The translations under genes were made by a program, and so were the position numbers. A stretch of DNA of 64,000 bases from Candidatus Altiarchaeota archaeon (GTDB taxonomy: Archaea; Altiarchaeota; Altiarchaeia; IMC4; SCGC-AAA252-I15): NCBI GenBank assembly GCA_043800705.1, contig JAZDMS010000018.1, forward strand, positions 5,564-69,563, in the 5' to 3' direction. This document shows positions 57,254-64,000 of this stretch, in pieces. Within the stretch, counting starts at the first letter, position 1. Every line of letters starts with the position of its first letter. The notes beneath the pieces are model-generated. The model did no database searches, was not told the origin of the DNA, and saw only the letters and a list, made by a program, of their open reading frames with translations.

Positions 57254-57420
57254 CATATATGGTCAAAAACACATATCCAAACACAGGCGAAATTAAAACA
57301 GGAAATCGCAATATCCGTCCCATACCGGCATGGCCTTATAGTTTGGGATGGCAGTTTAAAATTAGGGCATCAGGCAAGGGCTTGGTGATATTTATTGCCG
57401 CCGGCTATGTATTTCTTTCT

Positions 57421-57927
57421 ATGCAGTTCGTCCGCATCCCCGAAGAGAGGGTGAGGGTCCTCATTGGCGAGGCAGGGTCAACGAAGAAGGCCATCGAAAA
57501 CAGGACCAAGTGCAGGATAAGCCTTGCGGAGGGCGAGGTCTCCGTGGAGGGCGAGGCCCTCGACGAGTGGGTGGCAAAGGACGTCATACACGCGATAGGC
57601 CGGGGGTTCAATCCGGAAAAGGCGATGTTCCTCCTGAAGGACGGCTTCATACTCGACTTCATCGAGCTCGCGGAGTACGCGAACACCCCGAAGGCGAGGG
57701 AGAGGATTAAGGGGAGGATAATCGGCGAAGACGGGCGCACGAGGAAGTTCATCGAGAAGAACGCCGGCGCAATGGTATCGGTCTACGGGAAGACGGTGGC
57801 GTTCATCGGCCCCTTCGACTCCGTGGCCCTGGCGAAGGAGGCGGTGACGATGCTGTGCACGGGAAGCAGGCACGCCGGCGTCTACCGGTTCATAGAGAAG
57901 AAAGGACCGCACAAGAGATGGGCGTGA
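57421..57927 (+). CDS. KH-domain RNA-binding protein (archaeal Dim2/Pno1-like)
   Basis: ATG 57421 (MQFVRIPEERVRVLIGEAGSTKKAIE...). A second KH region follows with RIIGEDGRTRKFIE. Confidence 0.75.
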   Translation: MQFVRIPEERVRVLIGEAGSTKKAIENRTKCRISLAEGEVSVEGEALDEWVAKDVIHAIGRGFNPEKAMFLLKDGFILDFIELAEYANTPKARERIKGRIIGEDGRTRKFIEKNAGAMVSVYGKTVAFIGPFDSVALAKEAVTMLCTGSRHAGVYRFIEKKGPHKRWA

Positions 57928-58046
57928 TACGCCCCTTGCGGGTCCATGCCTGATGTTTTAAGCCCGAAAACGTAATAGATATGGGTGTGGGTTTTTAACG
58001 GCTGAATTGCAATACATTGCTATTTTTTGCTTCATGGTAGATTGAC

Positions 58047-59711
58047 ATGGCAGACAAAGACGACGATGACATCAAGGAGAGGTCCGCTGACGACCTGTTC
58101 AAGGACTTTAAGGCAGTTTCGATAACCGAGTTCTTCAGAAAGAACAAGGCGCACCTGGGATATTCCGGCAAGCTGCGGTCCCTGACCACAATAATCCACG
58201 AGCTTGTCACGAACTCCCTGGACGCATGCGAGGAGGCGGGGATACTTCCGGACCTAGAAGTCACCATCAAGCAGATAGGGGACGAGCACTACAGCTTCAC
58301 CAGCCGCGACAACGGGCCCGGCATCCCGGAGAAGCACATCGGCAACGTCTTCGGCCAGATGCTTGCGGGGACCAAGTTCCACCGGAACGTCCAGCTTCGC
58401 GGCCAGCAGGGGATCGGCGTCGCCGGCGTGACACTGTACAGCCAGATGACCACCGGCAAACCCGTCAAGATCCTGACGAGCACAGGCAACGGGAAGGTCA
58501 ACGAGATAAAGATGATGATCGACGTCACCAAGAACAACGCAGACATCATTGAAAGCAACATAATCAGCCAGAAGTGGAGGGGGACTGAGATACACGGCGA
58601 GGTGAAGGGCGTCAACTACAACCTCAGCGAAAGGAGCCCGTACGAGTACATCAGGAGGACGGCCATCGCCAACCCCCACGCGAGGATCATATTCACAGAC
58701 CCCGAGGGGCGAAAGAGCGTATTCGACAGAACGAGCAAGGATATACCGACGCCTCCGAAGGAGATGAAGCCGCACCCGAAGGGGATGGACACGGACCAGA
58801 TAATCAACCGCGCCAAGACCTCCCAGTCGAGGACCGTCGCAGGCTTCCTGGAGACGGAGTTCTCGAGGGTGAGCAAGGCCAAGGTCGACGAGATACAGGC
58901 CAAAGTGAACTTCGACCTCAAGAAGAACCCGAGGAAGATCGTATGGGCGGAGGCGGAGGAGATCGCGAAGGCGTTCGACGCCATCGAGTTCATGGCCCCC
59001 CCGGTCGAGGGCCTCAGGCCCATCGGGGAGAAGCAGATAGAGAACGCGGTCCTGAAGATCCTGAAGCCCGAGTTCTCGTCGGTGCTCACGAGGAATCCGA
59101 CCGTCTACGGCGGCGGAGTCCCGTTCCAGATAGAGGTCGCGATAGCGTTCGGAGGCAACTCCGGAAGGCCCGCCACCGGCGAAGACGCCGCAGAGGGCTC
59201 AAGCAGGGTCGAGGTGATGCGATTCGCGAACAGGACACCCCTCCTTTTCGACGCCGGCGCCTGCGCCATAACCCAGGCCGTCAACAGCGTCGAGTGGAAG
59301 CGCTACGACATGAAGGACTTCGAAAGCACGCCTATCACCATATTCGTGAACCTCGTTTCCATGTACGTGCCATACACGTCCGCTGGCAAGCAGTCCGTCA
59401 GCTCCGAGGACGAGGTCGTCAAGGAGATAAGGTTCGCCCTCATGGACGTGGGGCGGAAGTTCCACAGATACCACAGCAGGATGCGCCGCGAGATCGAGCG
59501 CGAGGCGAGGATGAACGCGCTACTGAAGTACGCCACCGAACTGGCCGCGGCCGTCGCCAAACTGACCGGCAGGGACGAGAAGAAGCTCGCAAAGACGCTG
59601 CAGGCCCTAATCGCAAAGAACCTGAAGCTGGAATACAAGGCCGAGAAGGCGGCCGAAGCGGAAGATGAGCCGGTCAAATCGGGCTTAAGCGGCGAATCGG
59701 AGGAATCATAA
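58047..59711 (+). CDS. top6B: DNA topoisomerase VI subunit B
   Basis: ITEFFRKNKAHLGYSG...LTTIIHELVTNSLDA (Bergerat fold N-box), DNGPGI and GQQGIG. Confidence 0.95.
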   Translation: MADKDDDDIKERSADDLFKDFKAVSITEFFRKNKAHLGYSGKLRSLTTIIHELVTNSLDACEEAGILPDLEVTIKQIGDEHYSFTSRDNGPGIPEKHIGNVFGQMLAGTKFHRNVQLRGQQGIGVAGVTLYSQMTTGKPVKILTSTGNGKVNEIKMMIDVTKNNADIIESNIISQKWRGTEIHGEVKGVNYNLSERSPYEYIRRTAIANPHARIIFTDPEGRKSVFDRTSKDIPTPPKEMKPHPKGMDTDQIINRAKTSQSRTVAGFLETEFSRVSKAKVDEIQAKVNFDLKKNPRKIVWAEAEEIAKAFDAIEFMAPPVEGLRPIGEKQIENAVLKILKPEFSSVLTRNPTVYGGGVPFQIEVAIAFGGNSGRPATGEDAAEGSSRVEVMRFANRTPLLFDAGACAITQAVNSVEWKRYDMKDFESTPITIFVNLVSMYVPYTSAGKQSVSSEDEVVKEIRFALMDVGRKFHRYHSRMRREIEREARMNALLKYATELAAAVAKLTGRDEKKLAKTLQALIAKNLKLEYKAEKAAEAEDEPVKSGLSGESEES

Positions 59712-60790
59712 TGGTAAAAAAGGACGTCATAAAAAGGCTCAAGGACCTCGGGGAAGGCATAGCCAAGTCTATAGAGGCAGACAAGGTCCCGAAGATGCAG
59801 GTGCCGCTGAGGAGCTTCTCGAACATACACTTCGACAAGGAGAACAACCTCCTTAGGATGGGGGACAAGACGTCGACGAGGAACTTCATGAACGTCGCCC
59901 ACACGAAGAAGTTCATGCAGACGATGCTCATCGCCTCAAAATGCGAGGAGCTGGTCGACCGCGAAAAGACGGCGAGCATCAGGGAGCTTTATTACCAGCT
60001 TAAGCACACCGTCGCAGGGACGAAGGAGAACACCTTCGAGGGGCAGGACGAATCAGACCCGCTCATCGTGGACCTGGAGACTATGCTCTCCGTCCTGCGT
60101 GAGGAGCTTCACCTGAAGGCCGACGACAAGGGGACGATAATCGGGAACATCGTGATAGAGGACTCCGGGGACTTCATCGACTGCAGCAAGCTCGGACGGA
60201 GCGGCCTTGCGATCCCGTCCATCGTAGAGCAGTACAAGTTCCACGAGGTCAACGCCGAATACTGCCTGTGCATAGAGACCGGCGCGATGTTCGACCGCCT
60301 CGTCGAGGAGAAGTATCCTCAGAAGAACAACTGCATCATGGTCTCAACGAAGGGGCAGGCCGCAAGGGGGTGCAGGAGGCTCCTGAACCGCATGAGCCGG
60401 GAGCTGAAGATGCCAGTCATCATGTTCACCGACGGCGACCCCTGGGGGTACTACATCTACTCCGTCGTAAAGGCGGGCTCGATGGCGCTGGCGCACGAGA
60501 GCGAGCGTCTCGGGACCCCCAAGAGCAGGTTCGTCGGGATGACGATGTCCGACGTCGAGGAATTCGGACTCCAGAAGGTGACCGAGGAGCTGAAGGACGT
60601 CGACAAGAAGAGGATAAGCGAGCTGATGCAGTATCCGTGGTTCCAGACGAAGGAGTGGCGCAAGGAGCTGAAGATGATGGAGGACATGGGCGTGAGGATA
60701 GAGCAGCAGGCCCTCGCATCCAAGAGCCTCGAGTTCGTCGCAACGGAGTACCTGCCTCAGAAGATAGAGAAGGGCGACCTTCTACCATAA
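59711..60790 (+). CDS. top6A: DNA topoisomerase VI subunit A (Spo11 homolog)
   Basis: SIRELYYQLKH catalytic tyrosine region and Toprim (CIETGAMFDRL...FTDGDPWGYYI). The start overlaps the top6B stop by 1 nt. Confidence 0.95.
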   Translation: MVKKDVIKRLKDLGEGIAKSIEADKVPKMQVPLRSFSNIHFDKENNLLRMGDKTSTRNFMNVAHTKKFMQTMLIASKCEELVDREKTASIRELYYQLKHTVAGTKENTFEGQDESDPLIVDLETMLSVLREELHLKADDKGTIIGNIVIEDSGDFIDCSKLGRSGLAIPSIVEQYKFHEVNAEYCLCIETGAMFDRLVEEKYPQKNNCIMVSTKGQAARGCRRLLNRMSRELKMPVIMFTDGDPWGYYIYSVVKAGSMALAHESERLGTPKSRFVGMTMSDVEEFGLQKVTEELKDVDKKRISELMQYPWFQTKEWRKELKMMEDMGVRIEQQALASKSLEFVATEYLPQKIEKGDLLP

Positions 60791-60799
60791 ATAAGGAAA

Positions 60800-61738
60800 A
60801 TGGACGACAAGGACGAGCTGGGCATGAGCCTTGACGGGCAGATGACCAGCATGCACCTGCTGGCGCTGGTCCTTGAATACCGGGAACTTCACGAGAGCGA
60901 AGCCCAGCGGAAGCTTGAAGTCGGCCTCACACAGATAAAGGAGTGGAAGGTCCAGCTGCAGACGGAGGGGCTTCTCGAGCCCGACGACCTGACCGTCGAC
61001 TCGACGCTGAAGGTAACGAAGGCGGGGCTTAAGAGGCTCCAGAACCTGAAGAAGGAATGGATCACGCAGGCGGCGTCCGAAGAGACGAATCAGAAAAACA
61101 AGCCCGCGGCAGAACATTTTATCTCCAAATTCGTTTCCTCGATCATCCATTCGCCGAAGCTGAAGGAGACCTTCCTCGATGCGCTCATACTGTCCGCCAC
61201 ATTGCTGTCGCTCTACCTTCTGAAGATCTTCCTGTACAGCCCGAACGTAGAGGTCATAAGCTTCCTCATGAGCACCCTCTTCTTTGCGGTCGCGCTCGTC
61301 GTCTATCAGCAGTACAAGAATGACCTGAAGGCGAGGGAGTTCATCGGCTTCTTCAGATGGGTCCTAGAACAGACGGGGAACAACAGGAAGTACATCCTTG
61401 CCATCTTCGTCGCCCTCATCGTCGTATACTCCGCCGGGATGATACTCCTGACCCAGAAGAACGTAGGCATGTACGTGCTCATATCCGTCCTCGCGAGCTC
61501 GTCGATCCTGGTCATTTTCGCCCGGAAGAGGAACATTTGGCTGATCTCGAAGTTCTACCTCGGCGTCGCATTGCTCGTGGTCGGGCTGATGCTTTTGGCC
61601 GGGCTCTTCAGCGCCACCGAATACCTTGTCGAGTCGTCGATAAGGTGGCTTGACATAGTATTCGGCCTGGGGATACTTTTCGTCACGCACATGAACGAGA
61701 AAACACTAGGCCTTGCCGCCCTCTCCCGAAAGCATTGA
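60800..61738 (+). CDS. Membrane protein with a cytoplasmic winged-helix-like N-terminal domain
   Basis: The N-terminal roughly 90 aa are soluble (LLALVLEYRELHESEAQRKLEVGLTQIKEW...), followed by about 5 TM segments. The start lies 9 nt after top6A. Confidence 0.5.
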   Translation: MDDKDELGMSLDGQMTSMHLLALVLEYRELHESEAQRKLEVGLTQIKEWKVQLQTEGLLEPDDLTVDSTLKVTKAGLKRLQNLKKEWITQAASEETNQKNKPAAEHFISKFVSSIIHSPKLKETFLDALILSATLLSLYLLKIFLYSPNVEVISFLMSTLFFAVALVVYQQYKNDLKAREFIGFFRWVLEQTGNNRKYILAIFVALIVVYSAGMILLTQKNVGMYVLISVLASSSILVIFARKRNIWLISKFYLGVALLVVGLMLLAGLFSATEYLVESSIRWLDIVFGLGILFVTHMNEKTLGLAALSRKH

Positions 61739-62350
61739 TTCGACGGAGTCCATTATGGCCTTGGCGGCCTGCCTCTTCGAAGTCCTGGGGACGCATTTGA
61801 CCTCGTCGCAGACTATGTGCACCTCGGTGTTCTCTGAGCCGAACACGTCCCTTGAGACGTCGTTAGCGATCACGAGGTCCGCGTACGGCATCAGCTTCCT
61901 CGCCGCCGCGACCATCTCGTCCACCGGGCTGTCATACGTCGCCTTGAACGCCACTATCCTGAGCTCGGGGAACCTCTCCCTGGCCTCCCTGATGAGCTTC
62001 CTCGTCGGCCTCAGCCTGACCGTCACCTCCTGCGCGGAACCCAGCTTTCCCTTGAACCTCTCGGAGGGCGTGAAATCCCCGATCGCCGCTGCGGAAATCA
62101 TCAGGTCGTATCCGCCTGCGAGCTCTTTGAGGACCTTGTCAGTCATCTCGTCGGCCGAGACCGCGGGGATGACCCTCACCCCGTACATCGGCTGAAGCGA
62201 CGTCGGCCCCAGGACTAACGTCACCTCATGGCCCCTCCTGACGGCCTCCTGCGCCAGTTCCAGCCCCATGATGCCGCTGGAGCTGTTCGTTATGTACCTG
62301 ACGTCGTCAATGTATTCCCTGGTCGGCCCCGCCGTTATGAGGACCCTCAT
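61706..62350 (-). CDS. coaB: Phosphopantothenate-cysteine ligase (stand-alone CoaB domain)
   Basis: MRVLITAGPTREYIDDVRYITNSSSGIMG and AAAIGDF are signatures of the CoaB half of Dfp/CoaBC. Confidence 0.85.
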   Translation of the reverse strand: MRVLITAGPTREYIDDVRYITNSSSGIMGLELAQEAVRRGHEVTLVLGPTSLQPMYGVRVIPAVSADEMTDKVLKELAGGYDLMISAAAIGDFTPSERFKGKLGSAQEVTVRLRPTRKLIREARERFPELRIVAFKATYDSPVDEMVAAARKLMPYADLVIANDVSRDVFGSENTEVHIVCDEVKCVPRTSKRQAAKAIMDSVESMLSGEGGKA

Positions 62351-62389
62351 ATGATAGGTTCTTTATTTCCCGCTCCTAATATATGCTAG

Positions 62390-62590
62390 ATGGCCCTCAA
62401 GGAGAAGGTCGCAGGCTACGACGTCGAGAAGGAATGCGCAAAGAGGATGCTCAACGGCCCATGCGGCGGAGTACAGGACGGCATGTGCGAGGTCGAAGGG
62501 CCGTGCGTCTGGGTCAAGGTATATGCCCGGCTCAGGGCGGACGGGAAGCTGGAAGAGTTCAGGAAAGTGAGGATGCCCAACCCAAGATGA
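62390..62590 (+). CDS. metV: Methylenetetrahydrofolate reductase C-terminal-domain (zinc-ribbon, MetV-like) protein
   Basis: 66 aa with NGPCGG...CEV...C.W, the motif remembered for the small MetV partner of MetF. Confidence 0.7.
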   Translation: MALKEKVAGYDVEKECAKRMLNGPCGGVQDGMCEVEGPCVWVKVYARLRADGKLEEFRKVRMPNPR

Positions 62591-63471
62591 GCGCATTGTC
62601 TGAATCAATCGGCCGGAGGTTCACCGTCACCTCCGAAGTGAAGCCCCCCAGGGGGCCGGACGCATCGAAGATGATGGATGAACTAGATGCGATGCGCGGC
62701 CTCAGGAAGCTCCTCGCGCTCAACGTCATAGACAGCCCCAGCGCGAGGCTCCTCATGAGCTCCCTCGGGGCGAGCATCATCCTCAAACAGAACGGCATCG
62801 AACCCATATTCCAGATGGTTTGCAGGGACCGCAACCTCCTCGCACTCGAATCCGACCTGCTTTCCGCCTCTGCGTTCGGGATAGAGAACGTCCTCGCGCT
62901 CACCGGCGACCACCCGAGCAGGGGCGCCAGCGACCACCCCAACGTCAGGCCCATCTACGACCTGGACTCCACCTCCCTCATCAGGACGATATCGATGATG
63001 AACAAAGGGAGGGACCCGGCGGGCGTGGAACTCAACGCCAAGACGTCGTTCTTCGTCGGCGGAGCCGTCAACCCCAACGTAAGGCCCCTAGAGCCGGAAG
63101 TCCTCAAGATGGCGAGGAAGACGGAGGCGGGAGCCAGCTTCTTCCAGAGCCAGGCCGTGTTCGACGCCAAGTGCCTGCAGGATTTCGCATCGAAGATGGA
63201 CGAGCTGGTCGGCGACCTGAGGCCGAAGGTCCTAGTCGGCATAATCCCCTTGGCCTCGGAGAAGATGGTCGCGTTCCTCAACAGGCTCCCCGGCATGAAG
63301 GTGCCGGACGCCGTCGCATCAAGGGTGCTCAAGGCGAAGGACCCGCAGACGGAGGGCGTGGCCGTGTCCCTGGAGCTCATAGACGAGATAAAAAAACTAG
63401 GCTTCGGAGGAGTACACATCATGCCAGTAGGCCGAATAAACAGCCTCGCCGCCATTGTCAGGGAGCTTTAG
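62587..63471 (+). CDS. metF: Methylenetetrahydrofolate reductase (MetF)
   Basis: ATG 62587 overlaps the metV stop (ATGA). Reads FTVTSEVKPPRG...IEPIFQMVCRDRN...NVLALTGDHP...FFQSQAVFD. Confidence 0.85.
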   Translation: MSALSESIGRRFTVTSEVKPPRGPDASKMMDELDAMRGLRKLLALNVIDSPSARLLMSSLGASIILKQNGIEPIFQMVCRDRNLLALESDLLSASAFGIENVLALTGDHPSRGASDHPNVRPIYDLDSTSLIRTISMMNKGRDPAGVELNAKTSFFVGGAVNPNVRPLEPEVLKMARKTEAGASFFQSQAVFDAKCLQDFASKMDELVGDLRPKVLVGIIPLASEKMVAFLNRLPGMKVPDAVASRVLKAKDPQTEGVAVSLELIDEIKKLGFGGVHIMPVGRINSLAAIVREL

Positions 63472-63559
63472 TGCACCTAGGGCTGGAATCCCAGCTGCTT
63501 AAGCGGCTGTATCTGGAATTACGCGGCAACATTCTAGCCGGATTAGAAGATCCTCAATG

Positions 63560-63586
63560 AAAATCACCGTCTTGCAGTGATTTTTT
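63560..63586 (+). terminator. Hairpin AAAATCAC(9 nt)GTGATTTT followed by a T-run
   Basis: Read directly, about 90 nt downstream of metF. 8-bp stem ending in T6. Confidence 0.5.
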
Positions 63587-63740
63587 ATGGACGAGCTGAG
63601 TTTGACTGTAAGGATGTCATATAACATCTTCAGGAATCGGCGGATCTGCAGGAGAAAGGGACTCTCGATATCGAAGAGGTTTATAAGTCTGGGGCTATTT
63701 ATAACTAAATTGGGAGTAGTTAATCAGGGTATCGGGTAAA

Positions 63741-64000
63741 ATGGCCTCCAAAATCACTGTCTTTAAAACCAGTCCATTCGACGAGGAATTTCGCCGCATC
63801 ATGTATGATTTAATCGATAAGGCAGAAGAGGAAATCCTTGTAGTTACGGGGGAGGCTGGAGCATTCAGGAACTATGAGGACCTGAAGTGGGCGATAAGGA
63901 GGGCGGCCGGGCGAGGGGTTAAGGTCAGGGTCTGTGTCCGCGCGCCGGAGCAGTCGACCATAAACAAGATGATTTCCTATGGCTGCGAAGTATATGTAGG
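63741..64000 (+). CDS. PLD-like (phospholipase D/nuclease fold) protein, N-terminal fragment running off the right edge
   Basis: MASKITVFKTSPFDEEFRRIMYDLIDKAEEEILVVTGE...LKWAIRRAAGRGVKVRVCV resembles the ...li..A...I.i......l..al..A..RGVkVrv layout of PLD-family N-terminal halves. The HKD motif would lie beyond the window. Confidence 0.4.
   Translation, partial: MASKITVFKTSPFDEEFRRIMYDLIDKAEEEILVVTGEAGAFRNYEDLKWAIRRAAGRGVKVRVCVRAPEQSTINKMISYGCEVYV

Overview
GC-rich archaeal (euryarchaeal-type) chromosomal segment. The assignment rests on a split rpoB within an rpoH-B''-B'-A'-A''-L30e-nusA block, a ribosomal protein/secY operon, Orc1/Cdc6, SepF, NAC, topoisomerase VI, ADH synthase and an archaeal CCA enzyme. 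I call about 75 protein genes and saw no rRNA, tRNA or CRISPR array. All product calls come from motifs read by eye and recalled family signatures; no searches were run. The main points worth a second look are listed here. (1) A Tat-signal HExxH zincin is translationally coupled to two small unknown proteins. (2) A soluble MgtE-N/CBS protein is coupled to an NRAMP-family transporter whose metal-site motifs are non-canonical. (3) An AT-rich type IIG restriction-modification islet beside orc1/cdc6 has an internal composition break and a coupled unknown gene. (4) An unknown 398-aa gene sits in an operon with thpR. (5) A divergent pair of secreted-protein genes with duplicated promoter modules is inserted between nusA and rps12, and rps12 is joined directly to rps8. 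(6) Diverged remnants of gene 3' tails lie just downstream of two intact genes. (7) sepF and rpoA' each carry a +1 frameshift in a homopolymer; because rpoA' is essential, these are probably consensus errors and should be checked first.
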